This document shows positions 17,979-28,556 of a stretch of 64,000 nucleotides of DNA, one piece after another. Numbering within the stretch: position 1 is the stretch's first letter; every line of letters starts with the position of its first letter. The notes under the pieces are model-generated. The model saw only the letters and a list, made by a program, of their open reading frames with translations. It searched no databases and was not told where the DNA came from. Made by a program: the position numbers and the translations under genes. The stretch comes from Proteiniphilum sp. (GTDB lineage Bacteria > Bacteroidota > Bacteroidia > Bacteroidales > Dysgonomonadaceae): the NCBI GenBank assembly GCA_015478855.1, contig JADMKJ010000134.1:11729-75728 (forward strand), given 5' to 3'.

Positions 17979-19082
17979 ATGGCTTTACAATGTGGTATCG
18001 TGGGACTTCCCAATGTGGGAAAATCCACTCTTTTTAATTGTTTGTCCAATGCGAAAGCACAGGCGGCAAACTTTCCTTTTTGTACGATTGAACCTAATGT
18101 GGGTGTGATCACCGTGCCTGATGAACGATTGAACAGGCTGGCTGAACTGGTTCATCCACAAAAAATTGTGCCTACCACTGTTGAGATTGTTGATATTGCA
18201 GGGTTAGTAAAAGGAGCCAGTAAAGGAGAGGGTCTTGGAAACAAGTTCCTCGCCAATATACGTGAAACCGATGCTATATTGCATGTGTTGCGTTGTTTTG
18301 ATGATGAGAACGTAACACATGTTGATGGTCATATCGATCCTGTAAGAGACAAGGAGATTATCGATGCTGAACTACAGCTGAAAGACCTGGAAACGATTGA
18401 GGCACGTATAAAAAAAGTGGAGAAACAGGCAAAAACAGGAGGTGACAAAGAAGCCAGACTTGCATTCGAAGTCTATTCCAGCATAAGGGAGGTACTGTTA
18501 CGGGGCGAATCGGCCCGTACTGTTACTTTTGATACGAAAGATGAAGCCAGAGCTGCACGCGATCTATTTCTTTTAACGGCAAAACCTGTGATGTATGTCT
18601 GTAATGTTGACGAAGCTAACGCTGTTACAGGCAATAACTATGTAGATGCGGTTCGAGAAGCGGTGAAGAATGAAAATGCCGAGATATTGGTTGTCGCCGC
18701 CAAGATAGAGTCTGAAATAGCCGAGTTTGATACTTACGAAGAACGAGAGATGTTTCTGACTGAGATAGGATTGGATGAATCGGGTGTGAGTCGTCTGATC
18801 AAATCGGCATATAAACTGTTGAATCTACAGACATTTCTCACTGCGGGTCCACAGGAAGTTCGTGCCTGGACTTTTCAAAAAGGATGGAAAGCACCGCAGT
18901 GTGCAGGTGTGATACATACCGATTTTGAAAAAGGGTTTATCCGTGCCGAGGTAATAAAATATGCCGATTATATTACCTATGGTTCAGAAAATGCGGTGAA
19001 AGAAGCCGGCAAAATGAGCGTAGAAGGGAAAGAATACATTGTGCAGGATGGAGATATCATGCATTTTCGTTTTAATGTCTGA
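17979..19082 (+). CDS. ychF: Redox-regulated ribosome-binding ATPase YchF
   Basis: [16 protein letters not shown]-loop, a coiled-coil insert, a C-terminal TGS domain, and the ending ...[11 protein letters not shown]. 367 aa. Confidence 0.95.
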   Translation: MALQCGIVGLPNVGKSTLFNCLSNAKAQAANFPFCTIEPNVGVITVPDERLNRLAELVHPQKIVPTTVEIVDIAGLVKGASKGEGLGNKFLANIRETDAILHVLRCFDDENVTHVDGHIDPVRDKEIIDAELQLKDLETIEARIKKVEKQAKTGGDKEARLAFEVYSSIREVLLRGESARTVTFDTKDEARAARDLFLLTAKPVMYVCNVDEANAVTGNNYVDAVREAVKNENAEILVVAAKIESEIAEFDTYEEREMFLTEIGLDESGVSRLIKSAYKLLNLQTFLTAGPQEVRAWTFQKGWKAPQCAGVIHTDFEKGFIRAEVIKYADYITYGSENAVKEAGKMSVEGKEYIVQDGDIMHFRFNV

Positions 19083-19103
19083 TGTTTCTTTAAATATATT
19101 ATT

Positions 19104-19325
19104 ATGGATACCACAGAAATATTTGGCTACCTGGCCATGACCTTCCTTGTCGTCTCTTTCCTGCCCACGCAGATGAGAAAAGTAAGAATGATCAACCTTA
19201 TCGCCTGCGCGTTATTTATCGTTTATGGTGTGCTTCTGGGCCTTAAATGGCCACTGATTATTTCCAATGCAGTGGTCTGCATCATCCAGATATATCATCT
19301 TTTTTTCCTGAAAAAGCGAACATAA
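19104..19325 (+). CDS. 73-aa three-TM membrane protein, possibly PQ-loop/SemiSWEET-like
   Basis: Three hydrophobic helices. The first helix ends ...VVSFLPTQMRKV, resembling the PQ-loop motif. It starts 21 bp after ychF. Confidence 0.45.
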   Translation: MDTTEIFGYLAMTFLVVSFLPTQMRKVRMINLIACALFIVYGVLLGLKWPLIISNAVVCIIQIYHLFFLKKRT

Positions 19326-19463
19326 AAAACTTTTTTCCACCTTTATTTTCTATTCCCGGTCCTTACCATGAATAAAGAAAAACAAATAATTATTTATTTA
19401 AAATTATTCTAAATTACCTGAATCTACGGAAATATGTTGTAAAACATACGATTATTTTTCTAA

Positions 19464-19475
19464 TTAAACGATTAA
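19464..19475. promoter_or_regulatory. Candidate LacI-family operator (TTAAACGATTAA) overlapping the regulator's own promoter
   Basis: Imperfect palindrome TTAA-N-CG-N-TTAA with the central CG typical of LacI operators. The same 12-mer occurs twice upstream of fucI. Confidence 0.5.
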
Positions 19476-19480
19476 CCTTA

Positions 19481-19488
19481 TACTTTTG
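19481..19488 (+). promoter_or_regulatory. Bacteroidota -7 promoter element (TACTTTTG = TAnnTTTG) for the LacI regulator gene
   Basis: Exact match to TAnnTTTG, 20-29 bp upstream of the candidate starts (TTG 19508, GTG 19517). Confidence 0.45.
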
Positions 19489-19507
19489 CGTTAACTAAAG
19501 TTATAAG

Positions 19508-20512
19508 TTGAAGATCGTGAAAAAGATTTCTTTAAAAGTAATCGCTAATGAAGTTGGCGTTTCAGCCGCAACTGTCTCGCTTGTTTTGAACGGAAAAAAC
19601 AAGAACGGCCGGGTGAGCAAAGAGGTATCAAGGAAAATATTGGAAAAGGCTGCAGAATTGAATTATGTGCCAAACAGCCTGGCCAAAGGACTGAAAATGG
19701 GAAACTCAAAATCAATCGGATTGATTGTAGCTGATATTTCAAACGTTTTTTTTGGTACTTTGGCATTACACATTCAGAATTTTGCCGAAAAAGAGGGTTA
19801 TACCGTAATTATCGGGAATACCAATGAAGAGTTGACCGAGATGCACAAAATGATTACCTTCTTTAACGCACGGCAGGTGGATGGTCTGATTATCACCCCT
19901 GCAGAAGGTGGGGAGCTGATTATACAATCACTGGTTGATAATAAAATACCCCTGGTACTGGTTGACAGAAGTTTTCCTGAATTGAATGCCGCCTCTGTGC
20001 TGATAGATAATTATGATATTTGTTATTCTTCCACGAAACAATTAATTGATCAGGGTTGTAAAAACCCGGCATTTATTTCCTATAAACAGGATCAGTTTCA
20101 TACAAATGAAAGAAAAAGAGGCTTTGTGGAAGCACTGAAGGAGCTGGGTCTTTACAATGAAGGAAATATAAAAGAGGTCAGTTACCATAATCTCAGCGAG
20201 GATGTTGATAATGTTATTGCGCAATTGATGAAACAAAGAAATAAAGTAGACGGAATCTTTTTTGCAACCAACTCTATATCAATAGCAGGCATAAGATCAT
20301 TATTTAAACATGGGGTGATGGTTCAAAAAGATATTCAGGTGATGTGTTTTGATGAAAGTGAAGCCATCGTTTTATTTCCGTTTCGGATTCCTTATATAAA
20401 ACAACCGGTTGAAGAGATGGCTAAAACTGCTTTAACTATGCTGATCGATCAGATTGAAAAAAGAGAATCGACTATCAGGACCTCTCTGATCAGGGCTGAA
20501 TTAATAAAGTGA
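19508..20512 (+). CDS. LacI-family transcriptional regulator
   Basis: N-terminal HTH ISLKVIANEVGVSAATVSLVLNGK, then a periplasmic-binding-protein-like sugar sensor domain. 334 aa. The start codon is non-ATG in the track. Confidence 0.9.
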   Translation: MKIVKKISLKVIANEVGVSAATVSLVLNGKNKNGRVSKEVSRKILEKAAELNYVPNSLAKGLKMGNSKSIGLIVADISNVFFGTLALHIQNFAEKEGYTVIIGNTNEELTEMHKMITFFNARQVDGLIITPAEGGELIIQSLVDNKIPLVLVDRSFPELNAASVLIDNYDICYSSTKQLIDQGCKNPAFISYKQDQFHTNERKRGFVEALKELGLYNEGNIKEVSYHNLSEDVDNVIAQLMKQRNKVDGIFFATNSISIAGIRSLFKHGVMVQKDIQVMCFDESEAIVLFPFRIPYIKQPVEEMAKTALTMLIDQIEKRESTIRTSLIRAELIK

Positions 20513-20524
20513 TTTTTTAAGCAG

Positions 20525-20541
20525 TTAGTTAAACGATTAAT
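20525..20541. promoter_or_regulatory. Candidate LacI operator O1 upstream of fucI (TTAGTTAAACGATTAAT)
   Basis: Exact 17-mer repeated at 20562..20578. It contains the TTAAACGATTAA core. Confidence 0.5.
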
Positions 20542-20561
20542 TAACCATTTTTCTACGCTGT

Positions 20562-20578
20562 TTAGTTAAACGATTAAT
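20562..20578. promoter_or_regulatory. Candidate LacI operator O2 upstream of fucI (TTAGTTAAACGATTAAT)
   Basis: Second exact copy, 37 bp from O1. It ends 19 bp before the fucI ATG. Confidence 0.5.
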
Positions 20579-20596
20579 CTTTTAAAATTATTATAT

Positions 20597-22369
20597 ATGA
20601 AGCAAGTTTATCCTAAAATTGGCATTCGTCCCATAATTGATGGGCGACGCGGTGGTATCAGGGAATCTTTGGAAGAGATAACCCTGAATCTGGCAAGAAG
20701 TGCCGCAAAGTTATACAGTGACACGTTGAGATATCCTGATGGAACTCCTGTAGTGTGTGTAATTGCCGACACATGTATTGGAGGTGTGAAAGAGGCTGCC
20801 AGTTGTGCCGATAAATTTGAAAGAGAAGGAGTCGGTCTTTCTCTATCTGTCACCCCCTGCTGGTGCTACGGTTCAGAAACGATCGATATGAACCCTTTGA
20901 TACCAAAAGCGATCTGGGGCTTTAACGGAACCGAACGTCCGGGTGCTGTATATCTGGCTGCTGCTCTTGCGGTCCACAACCAGAAAGGGTTGCCGGCATT
21001 CGGCATTTATGGAAAGGATGTACAGGATTCAGGAGACACTGAAATTCCTGAAGATGTGAAGGAGAAATTGCTTCGATTTGCAAAAGCAGGTCTGGCGGTA
21101 GCCATGATGAGAGGTAAGTCTTATCTGGCCATTGGCTCCGTTTCGATGGGTATCGGAGGGGCAATGGTCAATCCCGATTTCCTCCAGGATTATCTTGGTA
21201 TGAGAACGGAGTATGTGGATTCCACGGAGATACTTCGTCGTATACAGCTCGGCATATATGATAAGGATGAGTATACCAGGGCACTGCAATGGACGAAAGA
21301 GAAATGCGTGAGTCGTGAGGGGAAAGATTACAATCCGGACCACCTGAAACATGATCATATGCAAAAAGAGAAGGACTGGGAATTTGTGGTGAAGATGACC
21401 ATCATCATGCGTGATCTGATGATTGGAAATCCGCGACTTCTCGAGATGGGATATGGTGAAGAGGCGCTGGGACATAATGCCATTGCAGGAGGTTTTCAGG
21501 GACAACGACAGTGGACTGATTTCCTGCCTGACGGTGACTTTTCTGAAGCGATCCTTAATTCATCCTTCGACTGGAACGGGATACGTGAAGCATTTACTTT
21601 TGCCACGGAAAATGACCATCTGAATGGTATCAGTATGTTGTTCAATCACCTGCTGACCAACACCTCACAGATATTTGCCGATGTACGTACCTACTGGAGC
21701 CCCGAAGCAATTGAACGAACCAGTGGCTGGAAACCTGACGGATTACTTGAAAAGGGTGCTATCCACCTGATTAATTCCGGGTCCTGTACCCTCGACGGCA
21801 CAGGCCAGCAATCAGATGCAGAAGGGAATCCGGTGATGAAACCATTCTGGGAGATCACAAATGAAGAGGTGGATAAAATGCTGGAGGCAACCACCTGGCA
21901 TCCTGCATCGCTTGAATATATGCGTGGTGGTGGTTACTCTTCCAAGTTTCTGACAAGGCATGGGATGCCGGTCACCATGTGTCGTATCAACCTGATCAAA
22001 GGCCTGGGACCCGTTTTGCAGATTGCTGAAGGATGGACGGCCACCTTCCCGCAGGATGTGTTTGAGATAATTGATCAGCGTACCGACAAGACATGGCCCT
22101 CCACCTTCTTTGTGCCACGTATCACTGGCAATGGACGATTCACGGATGTTTATTCGGTGATGAACAATTGGGGTGCGAACCACGGAGCAATCAGCTACGG
22201 TCACATCGGAGCCGATTTGATCACACTGGCATCTGCGCTTTCTATTCCGGTGAATATGCATAATGTGGAGGAGGGTAAAATTTTCCGCCCTGCTGTGTGG
22301 GCTGCTTTCGGTGCTGACAATGAAGGTGCCGATTATCGTGCATGTGGTGCTTACGGACCGTTATATTAA
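20597..22369 (+). CDS. fucI: L-fucose isomerase family enzyme (L-fucose/D-arabinose isomerase)
   Basis: 590 aa. The N-terminus [27 protein letters not shown] and the overall length are typical of FucI. Confidence 0.92.
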   Translation: MKQVYPKIGIRPIIDGRRGGIRESLEEITLNLARSAAKLYSDTLRYPDGTPVVCVIADTCIGGVKEAASCADKFEREGVGLSLSVTPCWCYGSETIDMNPLIPKAIWGFNGTERPGAVYLAAALAVHNQKGLPAFGIYGKDVQDSGDTEIPEDVKEKLLRFAKAGLAVAMMRGKSYLAIGSVSMGIGGAMVNPDFLQDYLGMRTEYVDSTEILRRIQLGIYDKDEYTRALQWTKEKCVSREGKDYNPDHLKHDHMQKEKDWEFVVKMTIIMRDLMIGNPRLLEMGYGEEALGHNAIAGGFQGQRQWTDFLPDGDFSEAILNSSFDWNGIREAFTFATENDHLNGISMLFNHLLTNTSQIFADVRTYWSPEAIERTSGWKPDGLLEKGAIHLINSGSCTLDGTGQQSDAEGNPVMKPFWEITNEEVDKMLEATTWHPASLEYMRGGGYSSKFLTRHGMPVTMCRINLIKGLGPVLQIAEGWTATFPQDVFEIIDQRTDKTWPSTFFVPRITGNGRFTDVYSVMNNWGANHGAISYGHIGADLITLASALSIPVNMHNVEEGKIFRPAVWAAFGADNEGADYRACGAYGPLY

Positions 22370-22390
22370 TAATCTATATCATTGTATCAA

Positions 22391-25300
22391 ATGAAGAATA
22401 CATTATTTATCATTTTGCTATTGTTGACTAATTGTCTTTCAGTGATCGCTCAACAGATAGTGGTAACCGGAACTGTAATAGATGAGCAGGACCGTTCACC
22501 TCTCGTAAGTGTAGGAATTCAAGTGAAAGGGAAAAATATTGGCGTTCTCACAGACTTGGATGGAAAGTATGAGATTCAAGTTCAAAAGGGGGATGTCCTT
22601 ATGTTTTCGTACGTTGGTATGAAACCTCAGCAAATAACTGTGCAGGAACAGACAGTAATTGATGTCGTTATGACCTCGGATGGACAGATTGATGAGTTAG
22701 TAGTTATCGGATACGGAACAGCACGCAAAAGTGACTTAACGGGATCAGTTGGAACACTCAATATTGAGGACGTTGCGAAAACCAATCCTGTAAGTATTAA
22801 CCAGGCTTTACAAGGACGTATAGCCGGTGTGAACGTTATGCAGACCGATGGTGCCCCTGGATCATCAATCAGTATTCAAGTACGTGGAGCAAATTCTTTT
22901 GCTTCAAATACTGAACCCTTGTTTGTCATTGATGGAATTCCATTTGAAACAGGAGGTACACCCTCAGGAGGAACAGGTAGACAAGTAAATCCTTTGTCTT
23001 TTATCAATGTTCAGGATATTGAATCATTAGAGGTGCTAAAAGATGCTTCTGCTACTGCTATTTACGGTTCACGTGGTGCCAACGGTGTTGTTTTAGTGAC
23101 TACGAAAAAAGGAAAGAAAGGTGAGGACAAAATTGATGTGGGTGTCAATTTTACAGCATCATATTTAAACAATCGTGTGAAATTTTTGAATGGGCACGAC
23201 TATGCCACCTATGCCAACGAACGTCAACGTAATCACTATACCTACGATGGTGTTGCATATCTCTCACCTGTCTACGCAGGTGCCTGGGGATACGACCAGA
23301 ACAAGGGTTATTATGTATATAATCCCTCACCCCGGGATTTTGCTGATGGTTATATGAATGGAGGTACTAATTGGACTGACGTGATTACCCAACAGGCACT
23401 TTCAAAGGAATACATGCTTAGTTATTCTGGAGCCAGTGACGCAGGAGATCATTATGTGTCGGGGAGTTTTCTTGAACAAAATGGCGTTATTTATGGAACA
23501 GGGTATAGGCGGGCTAATTTGCATATGAAGATTAACCGAAATATTAAAGATTATCTTCGAACAGGCGCTTCTATTACATTCTCTAATTCAAAGACCGATT
23601 TTGCTGTCGCTAACTGGTCAAATGCAGACATATTCAGGGATGCACTTTACTATCCATCCACTGAATTTATCTTCGATCCTGTTACGATGGATGTGAATGA
23701 TGAAGATTTTTACTATGCAACGAATCCTTATGTTGCTGTTCGTGAATTAAATGACAATACCACCGGAAAAAACATCCACCTGAATGCCTATTTGGCAATC
23801 GATTTTTTAAAAGATTTCAACTTTAAACAGACCCTGGGTTATGGATACAATTTTTCCGAACGCCTGGCATATTACAGTCGTAACACCAGAGCCGGGTATG
23901 TAAACAATGGTACCGGTAGCCAATCAGATTACTGGAACTACAATGTTTCGTCTGAATCGCTGTTGACATACAACAAAACGTTTGCGAAAAACCACCGGGT
24001 AAACGCTGTTGGTGCATTTACATTTGAGCAATTCGATTATGGAAATAAAGGGATGTCGGCTTCGGAATTTCCAAACGATTATCTTCAGATGTACAACATG
24101 GGAACTACTCTTGACCCATTGAAGAAAAGTCTTTGGAGTGGAAGAGGACGCTCACGAATACTTTCATGGCTTGGACGTGTTAATTATGTGATGAAAGATA
24201 ATTATTTGTTTACTTTTTCAGCACGTGCTGATGGTTCCAGTAAATTTGCGGTGGGTAATAAATGGGCTGACTTCTACTCAGTTGCTTTTGCCTGGCGTGC
24301 TTCTGAGGAAGAGTTTATCAAAAAGCTCAATCTCTTTAGTACGTTAAAACCAAGAATTAGTTTTGGTCAAACAGGGAACCAGTCGATTAACAATTACCAA
24401 ACTGTTGAACTGTTGATTGCACAGGCATCATCTTTGAATGGAAATATCGTACCGGGTTATGCGGAAGCTGTTTGGAAAGGACCTGTAAATCTTGATCTTA
24501 TGTGGGAAACAACAGCTCAATATAATGTTGGTGCTGATGTAGGTTTTTACGACAATCGCCTCTTGCTTACATTAGACGCTTATTACAAAAAGACCCGTGA
24601 CTTATTACAGGACATCGCATTGCCATATAGTTCCGGTTTTGATGTGATGAAAGATAATTATGGTTACGTTATCAATCGCGGATTAGAACTGAGTGTACAA
24701 GCCAATTTATTGGAGAAAACACCTTTGAAATGGGATGTCAATGCAAATATTTACCTAAATAGAAATGAAATTGGTGGTTTAACGGACGATCAATATGCCC
24801 AGCGATTATTTGTCGGGGTTGATCAGATATACGTACACCGAAATGGAAAACCGATAGGTACAATTATTGGCTATCAATCAGATGGTTTCTACGATAGTGA
24901 AGCCGAAGTTCGTGCCGATCCCGTTCACGCTAAGAAAACCAATCAGGAAATTAAAGCATTGATCGGCGAAGAAAAAATTCGAAACAATGACGATAATAAG
25001 AGTAGTATTTCTGTTACCGACCGGGTAATAATTGGTAACGTGAATCCTGATTTTCAGTTTGGTATCACAAATAATCTTCAGTGGAAGAATTTTTCCTTTA
25101 GTTTTTTCATACAGGGTAACGTGGGAGGTAATATATTGAATGCCAATCTGCTGCAGAACGTAGATATGCTCGGTTGGGGAAATATACCGCAATTTGCATT
25201 TGACAATAGATGGACTGCCGCCAATCCATCTATAGCTCAGTTTCCCAAGCCAAATGAGGGATTTGGCAGGGTTTCTTATTTTTCCGATCGTTTTATTGAA

Positions 25301-25540
25301 GATGCGACATATGTAAGATTGAAGAACATCAATATTGGTTATAACTTTCAGAATCCTGTAAGGCATATTTCAAATATCAATTTATATGTAAACTTGTCAA
25401 ATATATTGACATTCACGAATTACCGATGGTTTGACCCTGATGTAAATTCATTTGGGGGAGATGTAACAAGAAGAGGTGTAGACTTGTCGGCATATCCTAC
25501 AGCAACAACTTTCCAATGCGGATTAAAAGTATCATTCTAA
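22391..25540 (+). CDS. SusC-type TonB-dependent outer-membrane transporter
   Basis: Signal peptide, CarboxypepD_reg domain, DELVVIGYGTARKSDLTGSV (SusC TonB box/plug signature), barrel ending GLKVSF. ATG at 22391; the track begins at an upstream TTG. Confidence 0.95.
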   Translation: MKNTLFIILLLLTNCLSVIAQQIVVTGTVIDEQDRSPLVSVGIQVKGKNIGVLTDLDGKYEIQVQKGDVLMFSYVGMKPQQITVQEQTVIDVVMTSDGQIDELVVIGYGTARKSDLTGSVGTLNIEDVAKTNPVSINQALQGRIAGVNVMQTDGAPGSSISIQVRGANSFASNTEPLFVIDGIPFETGGTPSGGTGRQVNPLSFINVQDIESLEVLKDASATAIYGSRGANGVVLVTTKKGKKGEDKIDVGVNFTASYLNNRVKFLNGHDYATYANERQRNHYTYDGVAYLSPVYAGAWGYDQNKGYYVYNPSPRDFADGYMNGGTNWTDVITQQALSKEYMLSYSGASDAGDHYVSGSFLEQNGVIYGTGYRRANLHMKINRNIKDYLRTGASITFSNSKTDFAVANWSNADIFRDALYYPSTEFIFDPVTMDVNDEDFYYATNPYVAVRELNDNTTGKNIHLNAYLAIDFLKDFNFKQTLGYGYNFSERLAYYSRNTRAGYVNNGTGSQSDYWNYNVSSESLLTYNKTFAKNHRVNAVGAFTFEQFDYGNKGMSASEFPNDYLQMYNMGTTLDPLKKSLWSGRGRSRILSWLGRVNYVMKDNYLFTFSARADGSSKFAVGNKWADFYSVAFAWRASEEEFIKKLNLFSTLKPRISFGQTGNQSINNYQTVELLIAQASSLNGNIVPGYAEAVWKGPVNLDLMWETTAQYNVGADVGFYDNRLLLTLDAYYKKTRDLLQDIALPYSSGFDVMKDNYGYVINRGLELSVQANLLEKTPLKWDVNANIYLNRNEIGGLTDDQYAQRLFVGVDQIYVHRNGKPIGTIIGYQSDGFYDSEAEVRADPVHAKKTNQEIKALIGEEKIRNNDDNKSSISVTDRVIIGNVNPDFQFGITNNLQWKNFSFSFFIQGNVGGNILNANLLQNVDMLGWGNIPQFAFDNRWTAANPSIAQFPKPNEGFGRVSYFSDRFIEDATYVRLKNINIGYNFQNPVRHISNINLYVNLSNILTFTNYRWFDPDVNSFGGDVTRRGVDLSAYPTATTFQCGLKVSF

Positions 25541-25553
25541 AAATCATACCATC

Positions 25554-27275
25554 ATGAGAAAAATAATATATTCATTAGGCATCGTAAGCATGATTTTCTT
25601 TACCTCCTGTTTTGAGGGTCTTTTGGAAGAGAAAGTTTATTCAGATGTAAGTGCCACTATATTCGATGACTCTGAATCATCGGCTAATATGCTTGTTAGT
25701 GGTGTATGGAATACATTGAGTGGGGGACAATTTCACCTCTATAATTCTTATTTTAAAATTGTGGAGTTTGACACTGATGACATGATTGCCGGTGACTGGG
25801 CATTGAAGACATATGGTGCCGGTAACTTTACAGAAGATCCATTTGATATTGACAATTGGTGGAGGGGAAGATACTCTTTGATTTATCGTAGTAACTATGC
25901 AATCGAAAAAATCGAACAAATGAATAATATTGACCCTGAAATCAAGAACAATATGATAGGGCAGATGATGTTCTTGAAAGGATGGGCTTACTTTCAACTG
26001 GTACAAGCTTACGGAGCAATTCCAATTCACAGGGAAAAGGTCTTTACTCCTGAAGAGTATCAGGTTCCACGTTCACCCATAACCGATGTATATTCACATA
26101 TCATTGAATTGCTGGATGAAGCTTCTGCTATGTTGATTACAAAAACCAATCCCAAATATAAAACAGGAAGCATCTCAAAGTATACAGCTAAAACCCTCCT
26201 TGCTTGTGTCTACACGACCATGGGTTCCGGATCACTGCCCCAGGGAACACAAATCAGTGTGATTGGTGGTCCTTCAGAAAGAATCAATAGTATCACGGGT
26301 GAAACAGAAAGAATTGAGTATCCTGTATCTATCACACATCAGAAAGAAAAGGTTGCAGGTTATGACTTTGATCCTGTGCAGTGCTATTCACGGGTGAAAC
26401 AATTATGTGATAGCATCATAGAATCGGGAGAGTTTAGTCTCCATAGTAGTTATTCGGATGTTTGGAAGATTAGCAGCCGCAATGGTCCGGAATTTATTTG
26501 GCAATTACAGGCTAACCAATCTATTGATTATTTACGCAATGCTCTTGGCGGATCAATCTCGGGTTATTATGATCCTAGAAATAATGGTCGTATCTCAGGT
26601 GCTTTATATGGCATTCGGGATCATTGGTACCGCTTATTTGAATCGAACGATCTCAGGGCGCGCGAAGGCATTCTACATCTATATGCCCGTTACGAACAAG
26701 GGGGAGCCGGTACCCCTCAGGAACACGAACCATGGTGGTTTTTCTTCCCTCGTGAAGATAGTCTGCGTCTGATTAGTGAAAACCCAGATAAACGTAACTG
26801 GGATGGCGGCATCACATATAGTCCAGGCATACAGATACTTACAAAGTTTCAAGCAGTTACAGATAATACTCAGGAGGGTTCTGACTACAATTATCCATTT
26901 TTACGCTATCCAATTGTTTACTTAATGCTTGCCGAAGCAGAATGTGAATTGGGTAATCTTCAACGTGCTAAAGAGGTGGTTGATGTGGTACGTGCAAGAT
27001 CTATGGCTTCGCAAATATCTACCGAGACGTATCCGGGATCACAGACTGAGATCCGTTCCTTTATATTGGAAGAACGTCGCAGAGAGCTGGCATTCGAAGG
27101 GATCCGTAAATGGGATTTACTACGCTGGGGAATTTACCTTCAAGTGATGAACGCAGTTGACAAAGACGGGTCAATAATAAAAAGAAGGCAAAGACGCAAT
27201 CTGCTTTTTCCTATTCCAATAGGTGAATTGAATGCGAACAAGGCATTAAATAATGAAAACAATCCTGGATGGTGA
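25554..27275 (+). CDS. SusD/RagB-family glycan-binding lipoprotein
   Basis: Lipobox FFTSC, a TPR-like helical body, and the C-terminal ERRRELAFEGIRKWDLLRWG motif. It lies 13 bp after susC. Confidence 0.9.
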   Translation: MRKIIYSLGIVSMIFFTSCFEGLLEEKVYSDVSATIFDDSESSANMLVSGVWNTLSGGQFHLYNSYFKIVEFDTDDMIAGDWALKTYGAGNFTEDPFDIDNWWRGRYSLIYRSNYAIEKIEQMNNIDPEIKNNMIGQMMFLKGWAYFQLVQAYGAIPIHREKVFTPEEYQVPRSPITDVYSHIIELLDEASAMLITKTNPKYKTGSISKYTAKTLLACVYTTMGSGSLPQGTQISVIGGPSERINSITGETERIEYPVSITHQKEKVAGYDFDPVQCYSRVKQLCDSIIESGEFSLHSSYSDVWKISSRNGPEFIWQLQANQSIDYLRNALGGSISGYYDPRNNGRISGALYGIRDHWYRLFESNDLRAREGILHLYARYEQGGAGTPQEHEPWWFFFPREDSLRLISENPDKRNWDGGITYSPGIQILTKFQAVTDNTQEGSDYNYPFLRYPIVYLMLAEAECELGNLQRAKEVVDVVRARSMASQISTETYPGSQTEIRSFILEERRRELAFEGIRKWDLLRWGIYLQVMNAVDKDGSIIKRRQRRNLLFPIPIGELNANKALNNENNPGW

Positions 27276-27300
27276 TCTTTAATCAACAAATCTCAGAAAA

Positions 27301-28539
27301 ATGAAACCAATAATTTATAAAAGCAGTATTTTTTTATTCTCATTGTTCGTCTTGTTTTTTTCGGAGGGATGTAATATCGATGACAATACAGACTCGCTAT
27401 GTAACGGTTTACCTGTAATCACACAAGTGAAGTACACTGTACTCGACGATTCAACCATTCTTACGGGAAATTTAGGTGATTGGATAATCATTGAAGGTTC
27501 AAATTTTTGCAATATCACCAAGATACGATTCAATGATGTGTGGGTTTCCATGCGTAACGTTTATATTGAGCCAGGTTTGATCAGTGTATCTATTCCACGT
27601 ATAGCCCCTTATGAAGAGAATAATATGATTACGTTGGTTACTGACAAGAATGATTCTATCGAATACCCTTTTAGTATTCTTGTTCCGGATTTAAAGGTAA
27701 AAGGATTATTGAACGAATGGGTTGAACCAGGTGAAACGGGGTATATTAATGGTGAGAATTTTGATATTCATCAGATTGATTCTCTTGATGGTGCCTGGAT
27801 ATTATTCGGTGATCTTGAACTTGCGATTCACAGGATGAGTTCTACCCGACTTTGGTTTGAAGTGCCTGATGATGCACAACCACGCACACCAATCTGGTTG
27901 TTCCGGCAAGATTCGTTAGGAAATATGCGTGTGGACAGCTTGCGAATCCCAGGTCTTTACAGGGATAACAGATATATATTGTACGATGGAACCTACAATG
28001 GTGTTGATCCCGGAACGCCATTTACTGATGGCTTGAGTCTTAGTGGATTTCCTGAAGCGGTGAACGGTACTTATTATTATTACCAGGGTGACTACCCTGC
28101 ATGGGCCTGGGGTGGAAAATGGCGACTTTATACACCATTTAATGTTGGGCAACCGATGAGTAACAATGGTTCATATGATGGTGACTGGTTATGGCATGTT
28201 CCTACCGATGAAGTAGACGTAGTATTTGAGGTGAATGTTATCAATGATTGGACTGGTGCCGAATTTAAAATAAATCTTTGGGATGGTTATTGGTATCACT
28301 GGAATCCACACGGTAGTGCTGCTTACCACACCAACGGATGGGAGACAATTCGTATTCCAATTAGAGAGTTTAAGAAGCCGGCAGTCACTGGCACACCATT
28401 CCCTGTATCGTTCTTTGATGCAACCGGTAATCCCTATTGGGATTGGAAAAACCGGGAAGTACAATTCCACGGTACAGCCAATCAGAATACATTCATCTGT
28501 TGGGACAACTTACGCATAGTGCCAAGATATAAATATTAA
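27301..28539 (+). CDS. Surface lipoprotein with IPT/TIG-like domains (candidate SusE/F-like surface glycan-binding protein)
   Basis: Lipobox FFSEGC. Two Ig-like segments (PVITQV...WIIIEGSNF... and VEPGETGYINGENF), then an aromatic-rich C-terminal domain. Positioned after susD. Confidence 0.55.
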   Translation: MKPIIYKSSIFLFSLFVLFFSEGCNIDDNTDSLCNGLPVITQVKYTVLDDSTILTGNLGDWIIIEGSNFCNITKIRFNDVWVSMRNVYIEPGLISVSIPRIAPYEENNMITLVTDKNDSIEYPFSILVPDLKVKGLLNEWVEPGETGYINGENFDIHQIDSLDGAWILFGDLELAIHRMSSTRLWFEVPDDAQPRTPIWLFRQDSLGNMRVDSLRIPGLYRDNRYILYDGTYNGVDPGTPFTDGLSLSGFPEAVNGTYYYYQGDYPAWAWGGKWRLYTPFNVGQPMSNNGSYDGDWLWHVPTDEVDVVFEVNVINDWTGAEFKINLWDGYWYHWNPHGSAAYHTNGWETIRIPIREFKKPAVTGTPFPVSFFDATGNPYWDWKNREVQFHGTANQNTFICWDNLRIVPRYKY

Positions 28540-28556
28540 TATAAAAATAAGCTAAC

